Below are positions 45,256 through 54,183 of a stretch of 64,000 bases of DNA, piece by piece. Each line of letters opens with the position of its first letter. Within the stretch, counting starts at the first letter, position 1. Below the pieces are notes generated by a model. The model saw only the letters and a program-made list of their open reading frames with translations. It did not search any database and was not told the origin of the DNA. The stretch is from the NCBI GenBank assembly GCA_021848095.1, contig JAJZMZ010000004.1, positions 5,111 to 69,110 of the forward strand, written 5' to 3'. The translations under genes were made by a program, and so were the position numbers. This DNA is from Candidatus Micrarchaeota archaeon. GTDB lineage: Archaea > Micrarchaeota > Micrarchaeia > Micrarchaeales > CABMGC01.

Positions 45256-45773
45256 TATACTCTTCTTCCTCTTCTGCCACCAGGTCTCTTTGTTGAGTCA
45301 GTCGGTATTGGTGTTACTTCTTCAATACTTCCTATTTTGAAGCCGCTTCTTGCCAATGCTCTTACTACTGCCTGTGCACCTTGTCCTGGTGTTTTTGAGT
45401 TATGTCCACCAGGTGCTCTTATTTTAATATTAATATGGGTTACTCCTTTTTCAATAGCAACAGTTGCAACCTTATATGCCGCTTGTGTTGCTGCGTAAGG
45501 TGAACCTTCTTCGTGATCTGTATCTACCACCATTCCACCGCTTCCTACTGCTATTGTTTCAGCTCCTGATAAATCTGTAAGTGTTATTATTGTGTTATTT
45601 TTAGATGATAAAATATGCGCAACGCCCCATCTTGTACCTCTTTGTTTGTACTTTTCTTGAGCAGCTGCAACTTCATTTTCGTATGAAATATTTCCTTTCT
45701 TTGCAGCGTTTTGTTGCTGATTCTTTTCAGCTACTTTTTTACCTGATTTTTCAGCTTTCTTTTCTTTTGCCAT
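45255..45773 (-). CDS. rps11: 30S ribosomal protein S11 (uS11) with a ~40-aa Lys-rich N-terminal extension
   Basis: [19 protein letters not shown]...AAYKVA...[14 protein letters not shown]...[31 protein letters not shown]. Confidence 0.95.
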   Translation of the reverse strand: MAKEKKAEKSGKKVAEKNQQQNAAKKGNISYENEVAAAQEKYKQRGTRWGVAHILSSKNNTIITLTDLSGAETIAVGSGGMVVDTDHEEGSPYAATQAAYKVATVAIEKGVTHINIKIRAPGGHNSKTPGQGAQAVVRALARSGFKIGSIEEVTPIPTDSTKRPGGRRGRRV

Positions 45774-45777
45774 TTAA

Positions 45778-46332
45778 TCACTCTTTTTTAACTTCTACCT
45801 CCGCTTCTAGTGTTTTTGTATCGGCTCCTGCTGTTTCAGTAACGGTAGGTGGTATTTCTAAGTTTATTTTCTTATAATATCCTACTCCGCTTTCTTCATT
45901 TCTTTTGACTAGATAACTAGGTGAACTCATTCTTCTCCCATTTATTGAGATAAATCCGTGAGTTATCAACTGTCTTGATTGTTTTAATGTTTTAGCGAGA
46001 CCTTTTTTATAAACGATTGTTTGTAATCTTCTATCTAAAATTGCTTGTGGTTTAATTACTAATATGTCGTCAGGTATTGCTGTTTCGCTTACTATGTTGT
46101 ACTTTGCAAGTCTTTGAATTATATCCTTTCCTACTTTTTCGCTTGATACTCCTGATAAAACATTTCTTGCATTTCTTCTTACTCTTCTTATTTCGCTAGT
46201 AGCTCTCCATAACTCTGTGTGCTTTTTTAATCCGTATTCTTTAATTACTCTTCCTTCTTCTTCTATTCTTTTTTTATCCCACATTGTCGATGGTCTTTCA
46301 AATTTTTTACTATTACGTTTAGGTGCTCCCAT
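45778..46332 (-). CDS. rps4: 30S ribosomal protein S4 (uS4)
   Basis: GAPKRNSKKFERPSTMWDK..., an S4 RNA-binding domain (LDRRLQTIVYKKGLAKTLKQSRQLITHGFISINGRR), and position between S13 and S11. Confidence 0.95.
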   Translation of the reverse strand: MGAPKRNSKKFERPSTMWDKKRIEEEGRVIKEYGLKKHTELWRATSEIRRVRRNARNVLSGVSSEKVGKDIIQRLAKYNIVSETAIPDDILVIKPQAILDRRLQTIVYKKGLAKTLKQSRQLITHGFISINGRRMSSPSYLVKRNEESGVGYYKKINLEIPPTVTETAGADTKTLEAEVEVKKE

Positions 46333-46336
46333 TTAA

Positions 46337-46876
46337 TCACTTCTTTTCATCTTTTTTAGCCGCAGCTTGTGCAGGCTGTACTGATTTCTTCATAACTCCT
46401 ATTGTTGCTCCAGTTCTTCCTGTGTTTCTTGTTCTCTGTCCTCTTGCCTTTTGTCCGTATTGATGTCTTGCCCCAATCCATGTTTGAAGTTTTATTCCTG
46501 TATCAACATCGAATCTTGTTTTTACTATTAAATCTGTTCCTACTACGTGCATATCTTCTCCAGTTTCTAAATCTTTATTTCTATTTGCAAGAAATTTAGG
46601 TATTTTATATTTTAAAGGATCTTTTATTATTTCTTCTAATTGGTTTAATTGCTGATCTGTCAAAGTTCCTATTTCTGTAGAAACATCTATTCCGAACTTT
46701 TCTTTGTATCTAATTGCAATAATATTTGCCATAGTGTGTCCTACACCTTTTATTTGCATAAGTCCTCTCGTTATACTATATCGGCCATTGATGTCTCTTC
46801 CTGCCATTCTAATAATACTAGCTTCTACTTTTTCTTTTTGTCTAGGCTCCTTTACTTTTTGTTCTGTTTGGTCCAT
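46337..46876 (-). CDS. rps13: 30S ribosomal protein S13 (uS13)
   Basis: IIRMAGRDINGRYSITRGLMQIKGVGHTMANII...ARHQYGQKARGQRTRNTGRTG. Confidence 0.95.
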   Translation of the reverse strand: MDQTEQKVKEPRQKEKVEASIIRMAGRDINGRYSITRGLMQIKGVGHTMANIIAIRYKEKFGIDVSTEIGTLTDQQLNQLEEIIKDPLKYKIPKFLANRNKDLETGEDMHVVGTDLIVKTRFDVDTGIKLQTWIGARHQYGQKARGQRTRNTGRTGATIGVMKKSVQPAQAAAKKDEKK

Positions 46877-46942
46877 TATCGCACCATTTAAATTTAATTA
46901 TTTTTAATTATTACTTCATTCTTTAAAACGCCAGGGCTGGGA

Positions 46943-46981
46943 TTTCCATAACACCTTTTGAGTATTCAAAAAGCTTTATTT
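46943..46981 (-). other. T-loop intron of tRNA-Ser(GGA), ~37 nt (boundaries ambiguous)
   Basis: The T-loop reads TTCAAAATAAAGCTTTTTGAATACTCAAAAGGTGTTATGGAAAT, and excising 37 nt restores TTCAAAT. TTCAAAA can pair with the downstream TTTTGAA, the same arrangement as in the tRNA-Leu insertion. Confidence 0.55.
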
Positions 46982-47011
46982 TGAACCCAGATGGCTCGAG
47001 AGCCATACGCT

Positions 47012-47023
47012 CACAGGTTCAAT
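47012..47023 (-). other. Canonical-position (37/38) mini-intron of tRNA-Ser(GGA), ~12 nt
   Basis: ATTGAACCTGTG lies between A37 and A38-GCGTA. Boundaries are uncertain by 1-2 nt. Confidence 0.55.
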
Positions 47024-47084
47024 TTCCAGGCGTACGCGTTACCGGATTCTGCCACCCTGGCATTCGTATAATATACGCAGGTAA

Positions 47085-47094
47085 GCTTTAAAGC
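47085..47094 (-). promoter_or_regulatory. Possible BRE/TATA element for tRNA-Ser(GGA)
   Basis: The palindromic GCTTTAAAGC is centred about 28 nt upstream of the tRNA 5' end at 47061. Confidence 0.4.
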
Positions 47095-47309
47095 TGTTAT
47101 TATACCTATACTTTATCCTTATTAGTATTTAAAACTTGCTTTATTCAACACATATCTTAAAACATAGCAGTACTTTTAATATTGCTCTTTTATATATTTT
47201 TTATTAAGTCCTTTACTATTGTTATACTCGAAAAAATGTTGTAAAAAATACAAATTATTTAGAAAGGTTTATTAATAGGTTTGTATAATTTCTAAACTTG
47301 GTTGATATA

Positions 47310-47492
47310 ATGTCCGACTCAAAAATCCTAAGAAGTGTATTGAAAACAATGAAAGACAACTCCAAAAAACCAGAAGTTAAAGCAGAGGCTGCAGCTACCT
47401 TGGAAATCCATAATGAATTATGGAAAGAAATGGCACGTAGAGACGCAGTAAGACAAGCTGGTAGATCAAGAGTTTTTCCAAAGCGAAGATAA
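47310..47492 (+). CDS. Small basic hypothetical protein (60 aa)
   Basis: ORF MSDSKILRSVLKTMKDNSKKPEVKAE...RQAGRSRVFPKRR. The ATG is at 47310 (the track begins at an upstream TTG). The stop abuts the lysS stop with no spacer. I recognise no family. Confidence 0.4.
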   Translation: MSDSKILRSVLKTMKDNSKKPEVKAEAAATLEIHNELWKEMARRDAVRQAGRSRVFPKRR

Positions 47493-48932
47493 TCAATTCT
47501 TTTCTTTTCGCATAGCTGGAAAAGCTAGTACTTCTTTTATTGATACATTATCTGTAAGTATCATAGCTAATCTATCTATAGATATACCTAACCCTGCTGT
47601 AGGTGGCATTCCATATTCTATAGCTTCTAAGAACTCTTCATCTGAAGGTGGGGCCTCGCTATCTCCTTCTTTTCTTTCTTTTTCTTGTTCTTCAAACTTC
47701 TTTCTTTGTTCTATAGGATCTGTAAGCTCTGAGTAGCAGTTTCCTTCTTCTTTTCCAGTTATATAAAGCTCAAATCTTTCACTAAGTTTTGCATTTCCTC
47801 TTTTGTCCTTAGTCAATGGACACATATATGCTGGGAAATCCAATACAAATGAAGGATTAAAAAGTTCAGGTTTAATGTATTTGTCGAATAAAGCATCAGC
47901 TACATGATAACTATTCTTAATTTTTATCTCTAGTTTTTCAGTTTTAGCAACTTTTTCTGCTTCTTTATCAGTTAACTCTGAAACATCAATTCCCGATTTT
48001 TTCTTAAGTTCGTCTACCCAGTAAATTCTTTTGAACGGAGGTGTAAAGTCTAACTCTTTTCCTTGATAAGTTATTTTATAACTGTTGAATAATTTTTTAA
48101 CAATTCCACTTAATAACTCCTCAACCATTTTCATATAATCTTCATAATCCTTATACGCTTCATAACACTCTATTTGAGTGAACTCTGGGTTATGTGTTGA
48201 GTCAATATCCTCATTTCTAAAGTCTTTAGATACTTCATAAACTTTTTCAAAACCTCCTATTATCAATCGTTTCAAATAAAGCTCATCTGAAATTCTAAGA
48301 AATCTATTTTCATCAAGAGCATTATGCTTTGTTATAAATGGCTCTGCGTTAGCACCACCGTATACTTCTTGAAGAACAGGTGTTTCAAACTCTATGTAAC
48401 CTCTATTATCTAAGAACTCTCTCATACTTTTTAATATCTTTGATCTAATTATGAAAAACTCCTTTACTTTTGGGTTCATTATTAAATCTAAATGTCTTTT
48501 TCTGTATCTTAATTCGGTATCTTTTAAACCATGGAACTTTTCTGGTAGTGATCTTAATGATTTAGCAAGTACTATGATCTCTTCTGCAGCTATGCTTATC
48601 TCTCCTCTTGTTGTCTTTGTAACTACTCCTTTTACTCCTATAATATCTGCGACATCTGAGTTTTCTATTATTTTTAAATATTCTTCATTAATTGTATCTT
48701 TTTTAATTAGTATCTGTATTTTACCACTTTGGTCTAATAAATCGATAAAATAAATACCTCCCATTTTTCGTATATTTATTATTCTTCCCGCAACACTACT
48801 TTTTTTGTCTTTCAACTCTTCAAAGTTTTTTATTATTTCTTGAGTGGTATGGTTTCTATCGTAAGTGTAAGGATAAGGATTAATCCCCATATCTATTAAC
48901 TTTCCAAGTTTTTCTTTTTTAAATTCGTCCAA
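47493..48932 (-). CDS. lysS: Lysyl-tRNA synthetase, class II
   Basis: An N-terminal OB anticodon-binding domain, then class II motifs: LRYRKRHLDL, FLDNRGYIEFETPVL (motif 1), FRNEDIDSTHNPEFTQIECYEAY (motif 2) and GMPPTAGLGISIDRLAM (motif 3). Confidence 0.95.
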   Translation of the reverse strand: MDEFKKEKLGKLIDMGINPYPYTYDRNHTTQEIIKNFEELKDKKSSVAGRIINIRKMGGIYFIDLLDQSGKIQILIKKDTINEEYLKIIENSDVADIIGVKGVVTKTTRGEISIAAEEIIVLAKSLRSLPEKFHGLKDTELRYRKRHLDLIMNPKVKEFFIIRSKILKSMREFLDNRGYIEFETPVLQEVYGGANAEPFITKHNALDENRFLRISDELYLKRLIIGGFEKVYEVSKDFRNEDIDSTHNPEFTQIECYEAYKDYEDYMKMVEELLSGIVKKLFNSYKITYQGKELDFTPPFKRIYWVDELKKKSGIDVSELTDKEAEKVAKTEKLEIKIKNSYHVADALFDKYIKPELFNPSFVLDFPAYMCPLTKDKRGNAKLSERFELYITGKEEGNCYSELTDPIEQRKKFEEQEKERKEGDSEAPPSDEEFLEAIEYGMPPTAGLGISIDRLAMILTDNVSIKEVLAFPAMRKEKN

Positions 48933-48983
48933 AGTAAAACCAATACTATTTCAAATAACTCATTTTTATACTTTATCTGCAAA

Positions 48984-51086
48984 TTAACCTTCAGTATAAT
49001 TAAGTAATGTTAACAACAACAATCCTGAGTTGCTTATTGTTATTGGCTTTGTTGATTTCGGATATATGCTAATTTGTATAACCTTATTTCCATATTGGGC
49101 AATAATACTAACACCATTTTTACTATTGGTAAACTGTGTATTGTTTGTTATTGTATAACTGTAATCATTATTCAAAGCTGAACTTACAGTTGTTGTATTT
49201 TTATTGTTTGAGTTTAACTCAGCGTCTATATTGTCATAATTACTACTTGCATTACTTCCTGTGTTGAAAAGTTCTATGCTTTGTTTTACCGAATCTCCAT
49301 TTAGTGTTGTATAATTTGTTATTGTTTTCTTAATACTTCCGTTAATTGTATCATTTTCTTGAGATCTAGAAGTAACATTCCAAACACCTCCTAAAATCAA
49401 TGAAAGTTGTTTTGTTGTTAAATTTGTAACATTTCCTGGTACTGCAATAGTAGAAAATTCATTCATTATTTTTTGTTGAAGTTCCTTCAAATTTAAGTTA
49501 TACTTATTTAATTTTAATGTGTTGTTTTCAGAATACAAACTTGTTTGTATTAAGTAATTATTATCTGGGCTTATATATCCTAAAAGTTGTTGAGTTTTGT
49601 TCTTTGCATTTAGTATAACTCCTAAAACTTTTGTATATGATGTGCCATTGTCAAATGAGTTATGACTAATGTTCAAATTACCTCCATTGCTTAAAGTTTG
49701 TAGTCCTCCGTCATAAACTCCTACTACTGAAGTTGTATTTATAAAGTTTCCAACACTCAAGGTAAAGTTCTCTAAACCGTTTGTGAAGTTTTCTATAGTA
49801 TACTTTAATCCACCTTTTGGCAATCCTGCTGTTACATTATATCCATCTATAAATTTCCAATTACCCCCAAAGTTTTTGTTTAATGTTGTTATATTTATTA
49901 AAATAACATTTGTTGAAGTTGGGGGTAATCTGCTTAAGTTATCTAAAGATGTACTTTGATTATTCACTAATATCTTTGCATTTTGTATTATCTCTAATAA
50001 ATTAATCTCTCCTGGAAGTACTAAGTTTTGTGTAACATTTATTTTATTACTGTAAATATTTATTATTGACAAATCATTTCCATAAATGGATATTGCTCCT
50101 ATGTTATTTTTGCTAGGTATTATGATACTTTTATTTACAAAAATATGTGCTGAGTGGTCATTACTCAATGCACCATTTATTCCACTTACTTTTGAAATCT
50201 CTAAATTAAAAACTGAAAGTGCATTTGAGTTGTCATTAAAGTTAATAGTTCCTAAGGTTAAATTATATCCTAATTTATTTGAAAAGTTTTGTACTTTTAT
50301 GTAATTTTCACCAGAGGCTTTTTCTGTTAAATTCAACTTTAAAAATGCAGTATTGAGTTCTTCCCAATTTCCAGAATATATATTATTTAAATAGGTAGTA
50401 GAAACGTTTGATATTTGTAATTGTATTGTTTTATTTTCAATACTTTGTAGAAGAGCCATTAACTTCGGTGTTGTACTTTCTAATGTATAATTTCCATTGT
50501 AAAACATAACTACTTCATAAAAATACTTTCCAAAAGGAGTCATTGCTATAATTGCATTTTTATAATTTGAAGCAGGGTTAGTTGCATTGAAAGCTATTGC
50601 AGGTGACTCGCTTTCTAAAGTTTGGTTTAATATTGTAACATTTAATTTTGTTTTTATGTTTGCAACTTGTATGTCGTAAAACTCACTTGCATTTATTGAA
50701 CTGTTGAACTCTAATCTAAAAAAAGTAATTTTTCTGTTTCCATTATTTGTATAATTATATAATGTAATATTACTTTCACCACTTCCTGGTGTTCCAGGTG
50801 CTTGTATTTCCTGTGAGAACTTCCATGATTTACCCAATGTGTTATTTAATGCTGTAGAGTTAAGATTATAAAAATTATTCTGTGAAGATAAAATTTTTAC
50901 ACTTGAATTTGTTGTTGCGCTATTTCCATTTGTTGTTGTAAGAGAACCGATTCCATTTCCAAAAGGATTACTGTTATTACTTGTTACATTTTTACTTGCA
51001 CTATTGTTTCCTCCTACGAAAAATACTATACCTGCTATCACAACAATTAATATCACTACACTTGCTATCAATAAACTACTCTTCAT
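48984..51086 (-). CDS. Large signal-anchored Asn-rich surface protein built from ~4 copies of an uncharacterised ~150-aa module
   Basis: N-terminal TM LLIASVVILIVVIAGIVFFV. Modules begin at NNTLGKSWKF, NNIYSGNWEE, NKNFGGNWKF and LILGGVWNV. The protein is very dense in N-x-S/T sequons. Confidence 0.8.
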   Translation of the reverse strand: MKSSLLIASVVILIVVIAGIVFFVGGNNSASKNVTSNNSNPFGNGIGSLTTTNGNSATTNSSVKILSSQNNFYNLNSTALNNTLGKSWKFSQEIQAPGTPGSGESNITLYNYTNNGNRKITFFRLEFNSSINASEFYDIQVANIKTKLNVTILNQTLESESPAIAFNATNPASNYKNAIIAMTPFGKYFYEVVMFYNGNYTLESTTPKLMALLQSIENKTIQLQISNVSTTYLNNIYSGNWEELNTAFLKLNLTEKASGENYIKVQNFSNKLGYNLTLGTINFNDNSNALSVFNLEISKVSGINGALSNDHSAHIFVNKSIIIPSKNNIGAISIYGNDLSIINIYSNKINVTQNLVLPGEINLLEIIQNAKILVNNQSTSLDNLSRLPPTSTNVILINITTLNKNFGGNWKFIDGYNVTAGLPKGGLKYTIENFTNGLENFTLSVGNFINTTSVVGVYDGGLQTLSNGGNLNISHNSFDNGTSYTKVLGVILNAKNKTQQLLGYISPDNNYLIQTSLYSENNTLKLNKYNLNLKELQQKIMNEFSTIAVPGNVTNLTTKQLSLILGGVWNVTSRSQENDTINGSIKKTITNYTTLNGDSVKQSIELFNTGSNASSNYDNIDAELNSNNKNTTTVSSALNNDYSYTITNNTQFTNSKNGVSIIAQYGNKVIQISIYPKSTKPITISNSGLLLLTLLNYTEG

Positions 51087-51181
51087 TAACTCACGTTTTT
51101 ATACATTAATTTAATTCAATACAATTAATAATACTTTATATATTGTATGGTTAATAAAATATTATGAATAGAAGGAATTTC

Positions 51182-53401
51182 ATGAAAAAAATAAATAAAA
51201 AACTAAAAACAAAAAAACAAACACATGCACAATCAGCAATGGAGTATCTTTTGACTTATGGGTGGTCAATTCTAATTATTGCTATTGCACTTGTTGTTTT
51301 ATTTGAGCTAGGTTACTTTAATGGTGTAAATTTAGGAGTTCCTTCTGAATGCACTGCACAAATTGGCTTTTTATGTACTACTCCTAATCTTAACTCAACA
51401 GGAAATCTTACTCTTACTATTGGAAATAATGGAGGTCAAGATCTTGTAATAACCGGTTTAGGTTGTTCAAATTCATCAGCAGAACCTACTACATTTTCTC
51501 CAGTACTACTTACATTAGGGCAAGCTCAATCAAAACAAGTTACTTTCGAGTGTCAATTAGCTTCACAAACAGTAGGTTCTTCATTCAAAGGTTCATTATG
51601 GCTCAAATCAAGCACTGGTCAAGTAGAACAGTTAGGTATAGCATCTGCAACTGTGACTACAAGTTCATCTATAAGTCCTTCTGGAAATAATGGTCAAGGT
51701 TTATTATTAATAGCAAATCAAAAAGGAGGCTCATCTAAAAATGGAAATATTATAGAAATTAATGCAAATAACGACACATTAATAAAAAATATTGATTTTC
51801 CTGGCTCGTCATTTGAAGATCCTACTTTCACAGCGTTGGACTCATCTGGCCAATTTTTATATATAGTTAATACCGAAGGTGGTTCATCAAATGTAGGAAA
51901 TATTTTGATAGTTGATACTTCTACAGATCAGGTGGTGAATAGTATTTCATCGAGTTCTTTTTACTACCCTACCGGAATTGCATTTTCTCCTAACGGTGCA
52001 GATTTGTATGTAGCTAATCTCGAGGGTCTATCATTAGGTTATAACGCTGGAAATATTTTGATAATAAATGTATCTTCTGGACAAGTAGTAAATAGCATAA
52101 CATCAAGTTATTTCGCCTATCCTGATGGCATATCACTTGCTCCAGATGGCAAATCTATTTACGTAGCTAACAATGAAGGCGGATCTTCATCAAGCGGCGA
52201 TATAACAATAATTAACACATCTACAAATCAAGTAACAACCTCTATATCTTCTCCTTCATTTGATTATCCATACGATGTTGCGTTCACTCCAAATGGCAAT
52301 TATGCATATGTAGTGAATCAAGGTAGCGGTTCCTATAATCCAGGAAATATTCTAATAATTAATACATCAACAAATCAAGTGGTCAACAGCATAATCAACG
52401 GAAGTGTATTTAGTAATCCTAGCTCAATAAGTATCTCTGGAAATTATGGTTACATCGCAAACAAGGTATACCTTACAGTAATAAACACAACATCAAATAA
52501 GATATCTTATAGTGTGACGCTCCCTTCCAATTATTACGATACATACATGAACAACTTAACCGTTCCTGAAGTTTATACATATTTTTATTCTGGAATATCA
52601 ATTTCTAATAATTTAGCATATATAACTAATCCTGATGGTGGTTCATTTCTTACTGGAAATCTAACTGTTTTTAATCTTCAGACAAACAAAACAGTGGGCA
52701 GCGTTGGTCCGGTAAATCAACCTGTAAATCCTAATTTTGTTTCAGTACAAGGAAATAACGCTTATATAATAGCTACGTATCTTTTGTATTCTGATAACTT
52801 ACTTAATAATAACGCCCCACAATCAATAAATGGCTCATTTAGTTATCCAACAAGTATAGTGCCATACAATCAAGACTTGTACATAACAAATATCAATAGT
52901 GGTTTACATTTAAATGGAAATATTCTCATAATGAATCCTTCAACGTACCAAACTACTGGGTCTATAAACTCTTCAAGTTTCGATAGTCCAGAAGACATAG
53001 CCTTTTCAGGAAGTTATGGTTACGTTGTAAATGAATATGGAGGTTTTAATTCAAAAGGAAATGTACTAGTTGTCAATATGCAAACAGGAGATGTAGTTAA
53101 TAGCATAAACTCAGCTTCAATAAATAATCCTAAAGCTATCACAATATCTGGAAATTATGGTTATCTAGCAAACACCGCAAATGTATTAGTGTTGAATTTA
53201 ACTACTAATACAGTATCAACTGGAATTACTATCCCGGGTAGTTCTGTCTATAGCTTAACAACTTCCGGAAAGTACTTATATGTTCCAGACTCTGCATCTT
53301 CATCAAACAAATTAACAGTTATAAACACAGTAAACAATCAAATAGTTAAAAACATAACTGAAAGTTATCTAAACACATCAAAAGGAATAGTTGTTGTATA
53401 A
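51182..53401 (+). CDS. Type IV pilin-like protein (class III signal peptide) fused to extended YVTN-type beta-propeller repeats
   Basis: MKKINKKLKTKKQTHAQSAMEYLLTYGWSILIIAIALVVLFELGYF, then CTAQIGFLC. Many ~48-aa repeats follow (P-x-G-I-A-F-S-P-N-G-x-x-L-Y-V-A-N ... GNILIINTSTNQVVNSI). The track start at 51164 is also possible. Confidence 0.85.
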   Translation: MKKINKKLKTKKQTHAQSAMEYLLTYGWSILIIAIALVVLFELGYFNGVNLGVPSECTAQIGFLCTTPNLNSTGNLTLTIGNNGGQDLVITGLGCSNSSAEPTTFSPVLLTLGQAQSKQVTFECQLASQTVGSSFKGSLWLKSSTGQVEQLGIASATVTTSSSISPSGNNGQGLLLIANQKGGSSKNGNIIEINANNDTLIKNIDFPGSSFEDPTFTALDSSGQFLYIVNTEGGSSNVGNILIVDTSTDQVVNSISSSSFYYPTGIAFSPNGADLYVANLEGLSLGYNAGNILIINVSSGQVVNSITSSYFAYPDGISLAPDGKSIYVANNEGGSSSSGDITIINTSTNQVTTSISSPSFDYPYDVAFTPNGNYAYVVNQGSGSYNPGNILIINTSTNQVVNSIINGSVFSNPSSISISGNYGYIANKVYLTVINTTSNKISYSVTLPSNYYDTYMNNLTVPEVYTYFYSGISISNNLAYITNPDGGSFLTGNLTVFNLQTNKTVGSVGPVNQPVNPNFVSVQGNNAYIIATYLLYSDNLLNNNAPQSINGSFSYPTSIVPYNQDLYITNINSGLHLNGNILIMNPSTYQTTGSINSSSFDSPEDIAFSGSYGYVVNEYGGFNSKGNVLVVNMQTGDVVNSINSASINNPKAITISGNYGYLANTANVLVLNLTTNTVSTGITIPGSSVYSLTTSGKYLYVPDSASSSNKLTVINTVNNQIVKNITESYLNTSKGIVVV

Positions 53402-53416
53402 TTTTAATTTTATAAA

Positions 53417-53773
53417 TTAAAGGAGCTTAAATCCTTTAGTGAACTGGTCTATTTCCGTGTCTTTCCAAGGTCCCACTCCCAATGCAGTTATAGTTCCTGG
53501 AGGTAGTTGTGTATGTCCTGCATCGCTTACCAATGCACAAGGTATTTCTTTATACTTAAAAGCCTCAAAAAGTTTTTTTAGAACCTTATCATCTTCTACT
53601 TTCAGGACTATCTTTTTTTCACCTGTACTTAACCACTCCTGAGCTACTTTTTTATTTATTTTTTCTGCTGAAAAATAAGACATTAATGAAGCATGAGCTA
53701 CTTGTGCAGCTAACTTTCCTCTTCCCATTTCGATATCCATTCTTACTAATATAACTTGTTTTATTTCTTCCAT
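53417..53773 (-). CDS. pth2: Peptidyl-tRNA hydrolase, archaeal/eukaryotic Pth2 type
   Basis: KQVILVRMDIEMGRGKLAAQVAHAS...KIVLKV...ALVSDAGHTQLPPGTITALGVGP. Length is 118 aa. Confidence 0.9.
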   Translation of the reverse strand: MEEIKQVILVRMDIEMGRGKLAAQVAHASLMSYFSAEKINKKVAQEWLSTGEKKIVLKVEDDKVLKKLFEAFKYKEIPCALVSDAGHTQLPPGTITALGVGPWKDTEIDQFTKGFKLL

Positions 53774-54178
53774 TTATTTATCAACATCTTTTCTTAAAAA
53801 TTCTTTAATTGAGGTTGTCATATCATTTATCTGTTTAAGTTCTTTTTCTTCCTTTTCACTTAACTCTCTATATTCAGATTTAATATTCTTTTCTATTGCA
53901 TCTAATAACTCTACCCACTCTTCTGCATCATCTTTTATTATTTGTATTATGCTTTGATCTTTAGATAAAACTTCCAAAAGCTCAATCAATTTTTTGTTAT
54001 CCTCAACTTCCTCTCCGTTATTCAGTCTATTAGTTATATGTTCTTTAAGTTCCATTATTTCAGAATGTGTTACCTTATTATTCATCTCAGTTATTCTCTC
54101 CATACTTCTCGCAAAGTTTTTTACAGAATCATATAACTTTTTAATAAGCTCATTCAACGACAAAGTTTTAATGTTCAT
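53774..54178 (-). CDS. Acidic coiled-coil hypothetical protein
   Basis: A 134-aa E/K-rich helical sequence. The stop abuts the pth2 start with no spacer. I recognise no family. Confidence 0.55.
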   Translation of the reverse strand: MNIKTLSLNELIKKLYDSVKNFARSMERITEMNNKVTHSEIMELKEHITNRLNNGEEVEDNKKLIELLEVLSKDQSIIQIIKDDAEEWVELLDAIEKNIKSEYRELSEKEEKELKQINDMTTSIKEFLRKDVDK

Positions 54179-54183
54179 AAAAT

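Larger units (their letters stand above)
46929..47061 (-). tRNA. tRNA-Ser (anticodon GGA), type II, with two insertions: a ~12-nt canonical intron and a ~37-nt T-loop intron
   Basis: Hand-folded on the reverse complement. Acceptor GCCAGGG/CCCTGGC with discriminator G. Anticodon stem TACGC/GCGTA, loop CT-GGA-A, then 12 extra nt. Variable arm GGCTC-TC-GAGCC. The T stem CTGGG/CCCAG encloses 44 nt instead of 7. The mature length would be about 84 nt. Confidence 0.8.
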
